The notes under the pieces were generated by a model that ran no database searches, was not told the DNA's origin, and saw nothing but the letters and a program-made list of their open reading frames with translations. A stretch of DNA of 64,000 bases, from the NCBI GenBank assembly GCA_031411295.1, contig JANOAV010000101.1, positions 1 through 64,000 on the forward strand, in the 5' to 3' direction. Below, in pieces: positions 1-11,006 of the stretch (within the stretch, counting starts at the first letter, position 1; each line of letters begins with the position of its first letter). A program made the translations under genes and the position numbers. The stretch is from Verrucomicrobiales bacterium. Its GTDB lineage: Bacteria; Verrucomicrobiota; Verrucomicrobiia; Verrucomicrobiales; V1-33.

Positions 1-154
1 GAGCTGTCCCCGCACCCTGCGCCAACCCGTCAAAGCCTGGCCCAAAACCAAAATCCCCAGCTCCCAACCGCTCGTCAAAACCATCACCATCACCAATCCT
101 TAAAGGCATTGGGCTTAAGCCCGAACTCCAACGGAAATGACCAAAGCCTTCGAA

Positions 155-1726
155 TCAGTGGGTGCGCAGGAACTCCACGATGCCCTCCGCCACCTTCTTG
201 CTGATGCCGGTCACCTCCGTGAGAGTGGTCACATCCGCTTTGCGCAGTCGAGTTAGGGAGCCGAATCGCTTTAGTAGAGCCATTTTGCGTGCTTCACTCA
301 CGCCCGGGCAGTCGTCCAGGATGCTTTCCTCCACGCGGCGTTTCATAAGGATCTGATGGTAGCCATTCGCCCAGCGGTGGGCTTCGTCCCGGATGCGCTG
401 CAGCATCTTGAGCGCACCGGTATCGTGATCCAGAATGACTGGCAGCGTTTCTCCGGGGCGATAAATTTCCTCGTGCTCCTTCGCCAAGCCGATGATGGGC
501 ACGCTACTCAGACCCAGGCGTTGCAGCTCTTCCACGGCACTGGAAAGTTGGCCTTTCCCACCGTCCACGATGATGAGATCCGGCAGTCGCACGAACGTGG
601 CCTGCTGCTCTGGTGGAATTTCCGTCTCTAACCGCCGCATGATTTCCACGGGGTCTTCCTGCGTGTGGTCCGCTGCTTCGCCCAGCAATTGCTTCCCTCC
701 TAGCAGGATGCGATGATACCTCCGCCGCACCACTTCCGCCATACTGGCAAAGTCATTCTGGCCTTTCACGGTCTTGATGCGGTAGCGTCGGTAGTTGGCT
801 GTGTCCGGCTTGCCTCCAGTGAATCGCACCATGCTGGCCACGATGTGATTCGAGGAAATATTGGAAATGTCAAAGCACTCCATGACCATGGGCGGACGCT
901 CCAATTGCAGCGCCTCCTGGAGTTCCGCTACGTCATCCAGCGGCACCACGCCTTCGCCCGTGACGCCCCGTCCACGGAATTTCCTAACTGGCTGCAACGT
1001 CTTGCGGAAATCCAGCAGAATGTCCCGCAACTGGGCCGCCTTTTCAAAGTCCTGGGCCGCTGCCGCTTTCTGCATTTCGATCTCGATATCCGCCAGAAAA
1101 TCTTTCCCTTTTCCGTCCAACACCGCACACGCCTGCTCTACCCGATCCAGATACTCCTCGCGCGTCACCTTGCCAATACAAGGCGCGCAGCAGTTCCGCA
1201 GAATGGTGTTGGAGCAATGTTTGTAGTCGAACTCCGTGGGTGTTAGGGGCTTGCAGCTGCGCAGACCAAACTCCTTCAGCACCTTATTCAATGCGCTCTT
1301 CAGGCTTCCGCCATGCGCAAACGGCCCGAAGTAGCGCGCCCCGTCCTCCTTCCGGTAACGGCTCAGCGAGAACTTGGGAAATGGCTCCTCCAGGTGGATC
1401 CGCAGCATCAGGAAACGTTTATCGTCCCGGAAGCTAACGTTATATTTCGGACGATACTCTTTGATCAATTTTCCCTCGAGTAACAGCGCCTCCGTCTCAC
1501 TGCGGACCACATGAATCTCGAAGTCCCAAATGCTATTAATCAATGCTCGGGTCTTTATGTCCGCCCGCCGACTTCCCGCTGGTGTCAGATAATTGCTCAG
1601 TCGCTTCCGCAGACTCTTCGCCTTCCCCACGTAGATGATACTGCCCAGCCGATCCTTCATCATGTAGATGCCCGGCTGATGCGGCACTTCATGAAGTTTC
1701 TTGATGAGATCGGGCTTGGGGGACAT
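155..1726 (-). CDS. uvrC: Excinuclease ABC subunit C
   Basis: GIY-YIG N-terminus (PGIYMMKD..IYVGKAKSLRKRL), UVR motif (DFEKAAQLRD), RNase H-like ECFDISN / DGGKGQ / RDEAHR, C-terminal HhH. Confidence 0.97.
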   Translation of the reverse strand: MSPKPDLIKKLHEVPHQPGIYMMKDRLGSIIYVGKAKSLRKRLSNYLTPAGSRRADIKTRALINSIWDFEIHVVRSETEALLLEGKLIKEYRPKYNVSFRDDKRFLMLRIHLEEPFPKFSLSRYRKEDGARYFGPFAHGGSLKSALNKVLKEFGLRSCKPLTPTEFDYKHCSNTILRNCCAPCIGKVTREEYLDRVEQACAVLDGKGKDFLADIEIEMQKAAAAQDFEKAAQLRDILLDFRKTLQPVRKFRGRGVTGEGVVPLDDVAELQEALQLERPPMVMECFDISNISSNHIVASMVRFTGGKPDTANYRRYRIKTVKGQNDFASMAEVVRRRYHRILLGGKQLLGEAADHTQEDPVEIMRRLETEIPPEQQATFVRLPDLIIVDGGKGQLSSAVEELQRLGLSSVPIIGLAKEHEEIYRPGETLPVILDHDTGALKMLQRIRDEAHRWANGYHQILMKRRVEESILDDCPGVSEARKMALLKRFGSLTRLRKADVTTLTEVTGISKKVAEGIVEFLRTH

Positions 1727-1733
1727 GGGGAAT

Positions 1734-1797
1734 GTGGAGGGCGACGGAAGGAGACCAGCAACCTGTGAGTTGCGGGCCTCCCTACGTCGCCCTCCAC
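1734..1797. repeat. REP-doublet-like inverted repeat (GTGGAGGGCGACG family), copy A
   Basis: 29-bp arms gtggagggcgacggaaggagaccagcaac / gttgcgggcctccctacgtcgccctccac (4 mismatches) with a 6-nt spacer; related copies at 17196-17343 and 41618-41700. Confidence 0.85.
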
Positions 1798-1915
1798 GGA
1801 GGAAATTTCAAACCACGAATGTCACTAATTTTTTACGAGATCGAAAGCGATTCACCTTAAACACGGACCATCCGCAGATTGCCTTGGCGGTGGGATGTTC
1901 TACGGAGGGCGATCT

Positions 1916-3397
1916 ATGAAATTTTCCCTTTTGCTTGGCGCGTGTCTCACCACTGGTTCCTTGGCTCTGGCAGCGGATTCCGCGCCCAAGCTCACGGAGA
2001 AGGATTACTATCCGAGCGTGGAATTACCCGTGCCGAATGGGGTTTCCTTAGAGGTGAGTGCTTTGGAGATGTTGCCTAATGGGGTGCTGATGGTGGGGAC
2101 ACGGCGGGGCGAAATCTACTCGGTGGCCAATCCTGGTGCGGAGGACTTGGCGCAAGTGAAGTTTACCCGTTATGCCAGCGGGATGCATGAGATTCTGGGG
2201 TTGGCTTACAATGCCAAGGACCATTATCTTTACGTGACGCAGCGCCCGGAAATCACGAAGACCAAGGATTCGGATGGCGATGGCATATGCGATGTCTATG
2301 AGACTTTCTACGATGGCTGGGGGCAGTCGGGTGACTATCATGAATACAATTTCGGTTCCAAATTCGACAAGGAAGGGAACATCTGGACGGTGCTGTGCCT
2401 AACGGGATCATTCTCCAGCAATATCGAGTGGCGGGGCTGGTGTCTGCGGATCACGCCGGAAGGCAAGATGATTCCCACCTGCGGCGGCCTGCGCAGTCCG
2501 GGTGGGATTGGTTTCATTAAGGGTGAGTGCTTTTTCACCGATAACCAGGGGCCGTGGAATGGCTCCAGCTCGCTGAAATACTTGAAGCCAGGATCGTTTG
2601 CTGGTCACGATGGTGGCAACAAATGGTATGCCAAGCCAGAGGCTAAGGCAGCCATGGGGGATGCGGTGCCGCAGCCGACCAGTTTGAGTCGCATGGTGTT
2701 GGAGCGCACGAAAGTTCCTCAACTGATTCCGCCAGTGGTGATGCTGCCGCATGGTCGCGTCGGGCAATCGGCTTCAGGTTTCTTTGAAGATACTACGGCG
2801 GGGAAATTCGGCCCCTTTGCCGGACAGGTTTTCGTGGGGGATCAGGGCTATTCTAACTTAGTGCGCTGCCCGCTGGAGACGGTGAATGGCGTGATGCAGG
2901 GCGGGTGCGTTGTTTTCCGTGAAGGGTTCCGCTGCGGGATTATTCCTGCGTTGCAGGTAGCGGATGGCACCGTTTACATCGGTGGGGCGGATCGAGGGTG
3001 GGGGAGTAAAGGCGGGAAGCCTTACACGCTGGAACGCGTGCGCTGGACGGGTCAGGTGCCGTTCGAGTTGTTGGACATCAAGGCGCAGAAGGATGGCTTC
3101 AATCTGACTTTCACCGAGCCCGTGGATGCCGAGACCGCAGCGAATGTGGCATCGTATAAATCGGAAGCGTGGACCTACATTTTCCAAAGCAGCTACGGCA
3201 GTCCCGAGGTGGACAAGGTAACCCCCGTGGTGGAATCAGCCACGGTTAGCGCAGATGGCAAATCCGTGCGTCTGAAACTGACTCCGCTCACGAAAGGCCA
3301 CGTTCACATGATCGAGTTTCCGGGAGTGAAATCCAAGAGCGGGGCCGGCCTGCTGCATCCGAAAGTTTACTATACGCTGAATGAGATTCCGAACTAA
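1916..3397 (+). CDS. Secreted beta-propeller protein (sorbosone-dehydrogenase-like, PVC 'large multifunctional secreted protein' type)
   Basis: Signal peptide MKFSLLLGACL..ALA; motifs DSDGDGICD, GDYHEYNFG, GLRSPGG, DNQGPW; start moved to ATG 1916. Confidence 0.7.
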   Translation: MKFSLLLGACLTTGSLALAADSAPKLTEKDYYPSVELPVPNGVSLEVSALEMLPNGVLMVGTRRGEIYSVANPGAEDLAQVKFTRYASGMHEILGLAYNAKDHYLYVTQRPEITKTKDSDGDGICDVYETFYDGWGQSGDYHEYNFGSKFDKEGNIWTVLCLTGSFSSNIEWRGWCLRITPEGKMIPTCGGLRSPGGIGFIKGECFFTDNQGPWNGSSSLKYLKPGSFAGHDGGNKWYAKPEAKAAMGDAVPQPTSLSRMVLERTKVPQLIPPVVMLPHGRVGQSASGFFEDTTAGKFGPFAGQVFVGDQGYSNLVRCPLETVNGVMQGGCVVFREGFRCGIIPALQVADGTVYIGGADRGWGSKGGKPYTLERVRWTGQVPFELLDIKAQKDGFNLTFTEPVDAETAANVASYKSEAWTYIFQSSYGSPEVDKVTPVVESATVSADGKSVRLKLTPLTKGHVHMIEFPGVKSKSGAGLLHPKVYYTLNEIPN

Positions 3398-3533
3398 GCT
3401 GGGCGTTTGCTGATGGGAGGCGCTTGCTTGGTAGATTTTAATGTATCGTATGGCATGGATGTCATCAGGGTGGGCGAAATATCCTTTGCGTTCGGGAAAA
3501 AATCCGCGTTGATATTGCGCTTTTTTACCTCAA

Positions 3534-6500
3534 ATGAGAAGAATAACGTGTCTATTCGTCGGATTGCTAAGTCTCTGCCATACAGAGGCAAAGGCGGAGG
3601 CACGCCAGCACCGGGAGGTGAGCTACAATTTCCAGGTGAAGCCCGTGTTGGCGAATCATTGCTTCCGCTGTCACGGACCAGATGAGAAGGCGCGGAAGGC
3701 TAAGTTGCGATTGGATGTGGCGGAGGAAGCGGTCGCGAAGAAGGCTTGGAAGGCTGGGCATCCTGAGGCGAGCGAAGGAATTATCCGGCTTTTTTCCACC
3801 GACGAAGATGAGATGATGCCTCCACCTGACCAGCCCACGCCGATTACCGATGAGGAGCGCCAGTTGCTGAAAACTTGGGTCGAACAGGGCGCAAAGTATG
3901 AGCGGCATTGGGCCTTTACCCCTCCGGTTAAACCTCCCGTGCCTGAGTTTGCTACAGCGGTGGAACCCACTCCCAAGGCGAAAGGCACGTCCTCCAAAAA
4001 AGCAGCCGAGCCCGCAGCCAAAGCAACCAAGGTGAAATCTCCCATCGATGCTTTTGTGCTGGAGAAATTGCGTTTAGCAGGTTTGGAGCCTTCCAAGCAT
4101 GCTGCTCCCGAAACCCTGCTGCGGCGGATGTCGCTGGATCTGACTGGGTTGCCCCCGACGCTGGCGGAAATTGATGCGATGCTGGCGGATACGTCACCTG
4201 CGCGATGGGAAACGGTGGTGGATCGGTTGCTGGCCAGTCCGGCGTTCGGGGAGCGCATGGCTACGGAATGGCTGGATGCCGCTCGTTACGCCGATTCTTA
4301 TGGTCGTCATGAGGATGCGGACAGTCCAGTCTGGCCGTATCGGGACTGGGTGGTGAAGGCGTTTAACGAGAACCTGCCTTACGATAAATTTCTCCTTTGG
4401 CAAACGGCTGGCGACCTGCTTCCAGAGTCCACGCAGGAGCAGAAAGTGGCCACGGCCTTCAATCGCTTGGCCAATCAATCCAATGAGGCTGGGAGTAATG
4501 AAGAGGAATTCCGCCAGGACATTATTGCGGATCGGGTGAAGACGAATGCCACTACGATCCTGGGTCTGACCATGGAGTGTGCCCGCTGCCACGATCATAA
4601 GTATGATCCCGTTTCCACCAAGGATTACTACAGTTTTGCAGCCTATTTGAATAACATCAATGAACTGGGGTTATACAGTGAAGCGACCGCTGGGGTTCCC
4701 GCTCCCACGATTTATCTTTTCAGTGCGGAGGAAACCAAGCAGCATGACCTGCTGGTGTCCCAGATTGGACAGGCGGAAGCCCATCTGAACGACGTGGTAA
4801 AGACTGGTCAAGTGCGCTGGCAGGCTTGGAAATCGGCTCATGGGTTGCCCGCTGCTGCCGCTCCCAGTGATTATTTCCCGTTGGAGCCGCCGGTAAAATC
4901 CGACAAAAAGGGCGAGAAGCCCAATAAGCGCGGAGCCCCCAACGTGGCCCGACCCAAGGATGAAGTGAATCTCTTCAAAGCCAATTTCGAACACCTTCCG
5001 GGCGTCAAGGGCCAGGGAATGATCCTGGATGGTGCCAATGCATTGCTGGTGCAGGGCCGGGGGCAGTTCCGGCGGTCTGATCCGTTCAGTTTCTCCCTTT
5101 GGCTGCGACCCACAGAGAACCAGGAGCGAGCCGTGATCATGCATCGCTCCGTGGCTGGATTGGAGGCTGCGAGCCGGGGCTATGAGATCATTCTGCATGA
5201 AATGCACGTAGATTTTGCTCTCAGCCATGTGGCTCCGGGAAACAGTATCCGCATCCGTAGTCAGGAGAAGTTGCCATTGAATCAATGGACGCATGTGGTC
5301 GCCACCTATGATGGCTCCAGTCGTGTCGAGGGGCTGAAACTCTATTTGAATGGATCGTTGGCGACCGTGGAGATCATCAGTAAACATTTATACAAGGATA
5401 TTACTTATCGCGAAGAGTGGGGGGACTTCGATCCCGCCAAGGTGCAGAATAATGTCCATACTACGGTGGAAATGACGCTGGGAAATCGTTACCAAGACAT
5501 GGGCGCGCGGGATCTTGGCGTGGATGAATGGCAAGTTTTCCCTCTGACCTTGACCGCTGGTGAGGTGACCGCCCTGCACAGTGGAAAGTTGCCCGCGGAT
5601 GACGCGGATGGTTACCAACGCTATTTGCGAGATCAGGATGCGACCTATCAGCAAGCCTTGGGGCAGTTACATCAAGCGCGCACCGCGGAGGATGATTTTG
5701 TCAGCAAGGCGCATGAACTGATGGTGATGGAGGAACGGGAGCAGCCACGGGAAACGTTTGTGTTGCTCCGTGGACAGTTTGATCAACGGGGGGACAAAGT
5801 GACGCCCTCCATGCCCAGTAGCATTTGGGAGGCGCCAGCAGAGTTTCCGAAGAACCGACTGGGGTTGGCGCAATGGTTTATTGATGAACGTAATCCGCTG
5901 GTCGCTCGGGTCCAGGTGAATCGCCTGTGGCAAATGTGCTTTGGCAAAGGCTTAGTCAGCACGCCGGAAGATTTCGGGATTCAGGGCCGACTGCCCACCC
6001 ATCCGGAACTGCTGGATTGGTTGGCGTGTGACTTTCGGGAGCATGGCTGGGACGTGAAGCGTTTGCTGCGGAGCATCGTGCTCTCCAGCACGTATCAACA
6101 AACCTCGATGCCGCAGGATGCCAAGAGCTTAGGGCTTGATCCCGACAACAGTTTGCTAAGCCGCGGTCCGCGGGTGCGCCTTACGGCGGAAATGATGCGG
6201 GATCTGGCCTTGCAAGCGGCCACGATGATTACTCAGGAACCGGGTGGCGAGCCAGTGCATACGTATCTGCCGGAGAATCTGTATCCGGATAGTGGCATCC
6301 AGGAAACCTACCAGCAGGATCACGGTCCCGCTTTGTGGAAACGCTCCATTTACCTCTACCGCAAGCGCACGCTACCGCTGCCGTTCTTAACCACGTTCGA
6401 TGCTTCCACGCGGGAATATTGCCGCGTAAGGCGGGAAACGACCGCAACCCCGCTGCAAGCGCTGGCACTAATGAATGCGCCGGATTTCCTGGAGCCTTGC

Positions 6501-6797
6501 CGCGTCATGGCGCAGAAGGCGCTGGCAGGACCTGCCCGCCCCGTGGCAACCCTGATTACCCAAGCTTACCGCGCCTTTGCGGCTCGCGCTCCGAACGAGG
6601 GCGAAATGAAGATCCTGCAGCGACTGCACCGCGAGCAATTGGCATTTTACGAAGCTCATCCAGACGAGGCCACCACGCTCCTCATGAAAAGTGGCGAGAC
6701 TCCCATTGACCCAAATTTACCTGCGCCCGCCGTGGCCGCTCTGACCATGGTGCACCGCGCCATTCTCAGCGATGATGACACGGTGATGAAGAAATAA
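3534..6797 (+). CDS. Planctomycete-type cytochrome c / DUF1549 / LamG / DUF1553 protein
   Basis: CFRCH and CARCH heme motifs; HWAF..P, LDLTGLPP, WLDAARYADS; LamG WTHVVATYDGS; PTHPELLDWLA and TPLQALALMN. Confidence 0.92.
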   Translation: MRRITCLFVGLLSLCHTEAKAEARQHREVSYNFQVKPVLANHCFRCHGPDEKARKAKLRLDVAEEAVAKKAWKAGHPEASEGIIRLFSTDEDEMMPPPDQPTPITDEERQLLKTWVEQGAKYERHWAFTPPVKPPVPEFATAVEPTPKAKGTSSKKAAEPAAKATKVKSPIDAFVLEKLRLAGLEPSKHAAPETLLRRMSLDLTGLPPTLAEIDAMLADTSPARWETVVDRLLASPAFGERMATEWLDAARYADSYGRHEDADSPVWPYRDWVVKAFNENLPYDKFLLWQTAGDLLPESTQEQKVATAFNRLANQSNEAGSNEEEFRQDIIADRVKTNATTILGLTMECARCHDHKYDPVSTKDYYSFAAYLNNINELGLYSEATAGVPAPTIYLFSAEETKQHDLLVSQIGQAEAHLNDVVKTGQVRWQAWKSAHGLPAAAAPSDYFPLEPPVKSDKKGEKPNKRGAPNVARPKDEVNLFKANFEHLPGVKGQGMILDGANALLVQGRGQFRRSDPFSFSLWLRPTENQERAVIMHRSVAGLEAASRGYEIILHEMHVDFALSHVAPGNSIRIRSQEKLPLNQWTHVVATYDGSSRVEGLKLYLNGSLATVEIISKHLYKDITYREEWGDFDPAKVQNNVHTTVEMTLGNRYQDMGARDLGVDEWQVFPLTLTAGEVTALHSGKLPADDADGYQRYLRDQDATYQQALGQLHQARTAEDDFVSKAHELMVMEEREQPRETFVLLRGQFDQRGDKVTPSMPSSIWEAPAEFPKNRLGLAQWFIDERNPLVARVQVNRLWQMCFGKGLVSTPEDFGIQGRLPTHPELLDWLACDFREHGWDVKRLLRSIVLSSTYQQTSMPQDAKSLGLDPDNSLLSRGPRVRLTAEMMRDLALQAATMITQEPGGEPVHTYLPENLYPDSGIQETYQQDHGPALWKRSIYLYRKRTLPLPFLTTFDASTREYCRVRRETTATPLQALALMNAPDFLEPCRVMAQKALAGPARPVATLITQAYRAFAARAPNEGEMKILQRLHREQLAFYEAHPDEATTLLMKSGETPIDPNLPAPAVAALTMVHRAILSDDDTVMKK

Positions 6798-6812
6798 CCC
6801 CGCCCCCCGACC

Positions 6813-8240
6813 ATGCAATCATTCGCCAATCTTACCCGCCGTCGTTTGCTCAATCGCCTAACCTATGGTCTGGGCGGCCTGGCCATGGCCGACTGTCTGA
6901 ACCCGGCTATGGCTGCGAGTAGCGCACTGCCAGGCTTGCCCCATTTCGCGCCCAAGGCCAAACGCGTTATCGTGTTGTTTATGAGCGGAGGGTTTAGTCA
7001 ATTCGAGTCATTCGACTACAAGCCCGAACTCCAGAAACGGACCGGGACGGAACTGCCGGATTCCCTGAAAAATGGACGGCAGAAGCTCCTGGGGATGTCG
7101 GGGAACCAGGCGCATTTTACGCTGGCCGCCCCAGCCGTGAAGTTTAACCAGCACGGCCAGAGCGGGCTCTGGATGAGCGAGCATTATCCACATCTGGCAA
7201 AAATGGCCGATGACCTCTGCATCATCAAGTCCATGAAATCCGATGCGGTGAATCATGATCCAGCGATGATCTTCATGCAGTCCGGTAGTCAGCTTCCGGG
7301 CCGTCCCAGCATGGGGTCGTGGATTTCCTATGGTTTGGGCAGCGAACAAAAGGATCTGCCATCGTTCATCGTCATGGTGAGTAAACGAGGAATTGACCAG
7401 CCTCTTTCGTCCCGCCTCTGGGATAGCGGATTCCTGCCCACGCAGTATCAAGGGGTGCAATTCCGGGCCGCCAAGGACCCTGTGCTCTACTTGCACGCCC
7501 CACCGGGCATCACGGCAGCGAACGATCACCAAGCACTGGAGTGCTATAAGGAGCTGTTGCAAGCCAAAACTGAAACTGCCAGTGAGGCCGAGATGGCCGC
7601 GCGCATTGAGCAATATGAAATGGCGTTCCGCATGCAGGCCAGCATCCCGGATGCCACGGACCTGGCCCACGAGCCGGATTCCATCTACGATCTCTACGGT
7701 CCTGATGCGCGGAAACCAGGCTCTTTCGCCTCCAATTGCATCCTCGCCCGCCGCCTCAGTGAGAAGGGCGTCCGCTTCATGCAACTCTATCATCCCGGCT
7801 GGGACCACCACACCAAACTCTGCGGCATGATGACGGACCAAGCCCGGGAAGTAGATCAGCCTGCTGCCGCCCTATTGCAGGATCTTAAGAATCGTGACCT
7901 CCTGAAGGATACGTTAGTGATCTTCGCCACGGAGTTTGGCCGCACCTGTTACAGCCAGGGGAAATATCGCAATGACCCCATCGAATTCGGACGCGAACAC
8001 CATCGGGATTGCTTCAGCATGTGGATGGCTGGCGGCGGCATTAAAGGCGGGATGAGCTACGGAGAGACGGACGATCTAGGCTTCAGCACCGCCACCGATC
8101 CCGTGCATGTCAATGATTTTCATGCCACCATGATGCACCTGTTAGGGGTTAACCACGAGCGCTTCACCTATCGGTTCCAAGGGCGCGACTATCGGCTTAC
8201 AGACATTGCCGGAAAAGTGGTGAAAGGCATTCTGGCGTAA
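6813..8240 (+). CDS. DUF1501 protein (Tat-exported, sulfatase-like fold)
   Basis: RRRLL Tat motif, HFAPKAKRVI.LFM.GG, RPSMGSW, GWDHH, EFGRT; directly follows the DUF1553 gene. Confidence 0.92.
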   Translation: MQSFANLTRRRLLNRLTYGLGGLAMADCLNPAMAASSALPGLPHFAPKAKRVIVLFMSGGFSQFESFDYKPELQKRTGTELPDSLKNGRQKLLGMSGNQAHFTLAAPAVKFNQHGQSGLWMSEHYPHLAKMADDLCIIKSMKSDAVNHDPAMIFMQSGSQLPGRPSMGSWISYGLGSEQKDLPSFIVMVSKRGIDQPLSSRLWDSGFLPTQYQGVQFRAAKDPVLYLHAPPGITAANDHQALECYKELLQAKTETASEAEMAARIEQYEMAFRMQASIPDATDLAHEPDSIYDLYGPDARKPGSFASNCILARRLSEKGVRFMQLYHPGWDHHTKLCGMMTDQAREVDQPAAALLQDLKNRDLLKDTLVIFATEFGRTCYSQGKYRNDPIEFGREHHRDCFSMWMAGGGIKGGMSYGETDDLGFSTATDPVHVNDFHATMMHLLGVNHERFTYRFQGRDYRLTDIAGKVVKGILA

Positions 8241-8248
8241 GGCCGAGA

Positions 8249-10810
8249 TTAATCGATATAGCAGAACTCGTTCAAGTTCAGCACCGAGCGGCAGAGGTCC
8301 AGCAGTGGGTGCGTTTTGAGGAAATCGAGTGATGCCCTCAGTTCGTCTGGTGCCGGTGTGCGTTGGAGTGCCAGCAGGAAAATACGGTGCACTTGGGATT
8401 CTTGGGTGGGTCCGACTTCGTTCGCCACTCGTGTGGCAAAAGCATCTGCGGTGAGCATGGCGAACTCACTGTTAAGGAGGGTGAGCGCCTGTGGCGCCAC
8501 GGTGGAGACTTGGCGTCTGCCACAGGAAAGGTTGCTTTCCGGTTGGTCGAAGGTTTCCAGCATGGGGTTTCGCAGGCTGCGTTTGTTCACCAAGTAAATG
8601 CTGCGAGCGGAGTTGACCTCGGCTTCTGGAGAGGGATACCAACCGCGGGTTTTCTCGTCGTTTTCAACCAGGATTCCAGGGTTGGTGCCCAGCACTTCCG
8701 GCGGGAGGGTTGGCCAGAGTGGGGGGCCACCTTGGCGAGGCTTGAGCAGGCCGGAAACTTGCAGCATTGAATCGCGTAGTGATTCGGCTTTAAGGCGTTG
8801 GGGCATTTTTCCCAGCCAGAGGTCGCGATGCGCAGCAGAATCCGGGTGGAGGGCTTGGCGGTAGGTGGCGCTTTCTACGATGAGCCGATTCATGGCTTTG
8901 AACGATCCGCCGAGCTTGCGGAATTTGGAAGCCAGCCAATCAAGCAGCAGCGGATTCGTGGGTTTGGTCCCCCCGAAACCGAAATCGTTGGTGCTCGACT
9001 GGATGGCCTCTCCAAAATGAGCCTGCCAAAGCCGATTCACAATCACGCGACTGGTGAGTGGATTGGATTCCCCGCAGAGCCAGTTTACAAAAGCCGTGCG
9101 ACGGCCGGTGCTGCTCTTGCGGACGGTTTTGGCTGGGGGCAGTGGATTGGGATCCAGCATGGAAAAGGTGCCCGGTTTAATGATCTCGCGAGGCTTGGTG
9201 TAGTCTCCTTGATAGAGTAAATGCGTGAGCGGGGGGTGTGCTTGATCCGTTACCAGAAAACCGTGCTCCGGCTGTTTGTGGTCATTTTTCAGATCATTGA
9301 AGTGAGCCAGAGCCTTATCATAGTTGGCCTTTTCCTTGGGCGTTTGCGCGTCCAGGATTTCTGCTGCGTTGGGCTTGATGCGTGCGAGGAGATTCTTGTA
9401 ACGTCCCTTGCCTTCGGGGGTGCGTTTCTTGAGGTAGTCCCGCAGGAAGGTTTGATCGCTGGGGTCGAGAGCTTTGATCTTGCGATTCTGCGCACGCTCG
9501 GTCACCGGCTCATTGATGGCATTGATCACCGCCTGAGCTGCCTGTAAATCATCAATCTCATGAGCAATGAGCTTTTGCTGTGGTTCCAGATCCAGAAAAA
9601 GTTGATCGTTCGGCTCGGTGGGCTCGAAGATGGCCCGCAGGCGGTAATAGTCTTCCTGGGAAATGGGATCGGTCTTATGATGGTGGCAGCGGCAACAGGA
9701 AAGCGGCAGTCCCAGCAAGGCAGAACCGGTGGTCTCCACCAAATCATTCATGACTTGGGCCCGACACCGATCCTGCTCGCCAAATTTTATCGCGCTGTTA
9801 TCGTAAGGGCCCACACGGAGGAATCCGGTGGCGGTCAAGCAATCCTGCTCGGCCTCGGTGCGGGGGTAGGTTGCGACCAACTCGTCCCCGGCCAGTTGTT
9901 CTTGGAGGAACTGGTTGAAGGGCTTATCTTGATTGAAGGACTTAATCACATAATCGCGATAGCGATAAGCGGTCGGGCGGAATTCATCGTAGTCAAAGCC
10001 GTTACTATCACTATAGCGCACCAGGTCCAGCCAGAGGCTGGCCCAATGTTCGCCATAGGCGGGTGAATTCATGAGTTGGGTCACTAAGCGGTCATACGCC
10101 TCAGGCGACTTGTCCGCCACGAAAGCAGCCACTGCTTCAGGACTGGGCGGGAGCCCGGTGAGATCAAAGTAAAGCCGACGGATGAGGGTGGCGGGTTCCG
10201 CCTCGGGGGCGGGCTGGAGTTGCGCGGCTTCGATCCGTTGGAGCACGAAGGCATCGATGGGATTGCGCACCCATGACTGATTCTTCACGGCTGGGGGTGG
10301 GGGATCTGCGATTGGTTGCATGGACCAAAGATCCAGTCGCTTGCCAGAGAAAATCTTGCGGATGGGGTTCCGCTCATCGGTCCACGCGTTGCCAATGATC
10401 TCCTGAGGAGCTTCCTTCTCGTTGCTGAGGGGGGCACCGGCCTGGATCCATCGTTCCAGCGCCAGAATATCGTGCTTCTCCATGGTTCCTTTGGGAGGCA
10501 TGCGCTCATCCCGGTCCTTATGGCGGAGCTTCTGCATGACCAGGCTGTGTTCCGGTTCGCCCAACACGATGGCTGGGCCGGTATCGCCTCCTGCTAACAT
10601 GAATTTGACGGTGTCCAGACGTAAGCCGCCTTCCTGTTTCTTCTCCCCGTGGCACTTCAAGCAGTTACGCTGCAGGATTTGCTGCGGATCCAAGCTGGTC
10701 TTGGCGGTCACCCGCGCAGGTTGGGCGCGCCGATATACGAACCACCCGCCGCCGCCGCCAGCGAGCAGGAGGGTGAAAAGGAACAGTCTGGGCCAGGATC
10801 GCTGTTTCAT
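8249..10810 (-). CDS. Planctomycete-type cytochrome c / DUF1549 / DUF1553 protein
   Basis: CLKCH, GGLRLD, MPP, CCRCHHH, DLTGLPP, WLDLVRYSDS, QALTLLN, NLNEFCYID. Confidence 0.92.
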   Translation of the reverse strand: MKQRSWPRLFLFTLLLAGGGGGWFVYRRAQPARVTAKTSLDPQQILQRNCLKCHGEKKQEGGLRLDTVKFMLAGGDTGPAIVLGEPEHSLVMQKLRHKDRDERMPPKGTMEKHDILALERWIQAGAPLSNEKEAPQEIIGNAWTDERNPIRKIFSGKRLDLWSMQPIADPPPPAVKNQSWVRNPIDAFVLQRIEAAQLQPAPEAEPATLIRRLYFDLTGLPPSPEAVAAFVADKSPEAYDRLVTQLMNSPAYGEHWASLWLDLVRYSDSNGFDYDEFRPTAYRYRDYVIKSFNQDKPFNQFLQEQLAGDELVATYPRTEAEQDCLTATGFLRVGPYDNSAIKFGEQDRCRAQVMNDLVETTGSALLGLPLSCCRCHHHKTDPISQEDYYRLRAIFEPTEPNDQLFLDLEPQQKLIAHEIDDLQAAQAVINAINEPVTERAQNRKIKALDPSDQTFLRDYLKKRTPEGKGRYKNLLARIKPNAAEILDAQTPKEKANYDKALAHFNDLKNDHKQPEHGFLVTDQAHPPLTHLLYQGDYTKPREIIKPGTFSMLDPNPLPPAKTVRKSSTGRRTAFVNWLCGESNPLTSRVIVNRLWQAHFGEAIQSSTNDFGFGGTKPTNPLLLDWLASKFRKLGGSFKAMNRLIVESATYRQALHPDSAAHRDLWLGKMPQRLKAESLRDSMLQVSGLLKPRQGGPPLWPTLPPEVLGTNPGILVENDEKTRGWYPSPEAEVNSARSIYLVNKRSLRNPMLETFDQPESNLSCGRRQVSTVAPQALTLLNSEFAMLTADAFATRVANEVGPTQESQVHRIFLLALQRTPAPDELRASLDFLKTHPLLDLCRSVLNLNEFCYID

Positions 10811-11006
10811 GTAGTTTTAGCAGAGGAGTCGATCCCGATGCCATGGGGATTCAGATCGCCTGAGGGACGCCTCGGCTATGGTATGAGGAAATGGGGGCGA
10901 ATCAACGCAAATGTATTGTGAATTTTTCTTAATTATCCCCAGCGCAGATGCTGGTATCAACAATGAATGCAGTTGACGCTGCCTCCGCTTGGACCAGATT
11001 GGGAGG

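Noticed and set aside
111..122. Perfect palindrome gggcttaagccc downstream of uvrC
   Set aside because: It is a single short loopless palindrome with no second copy, which is insufficient evidence.
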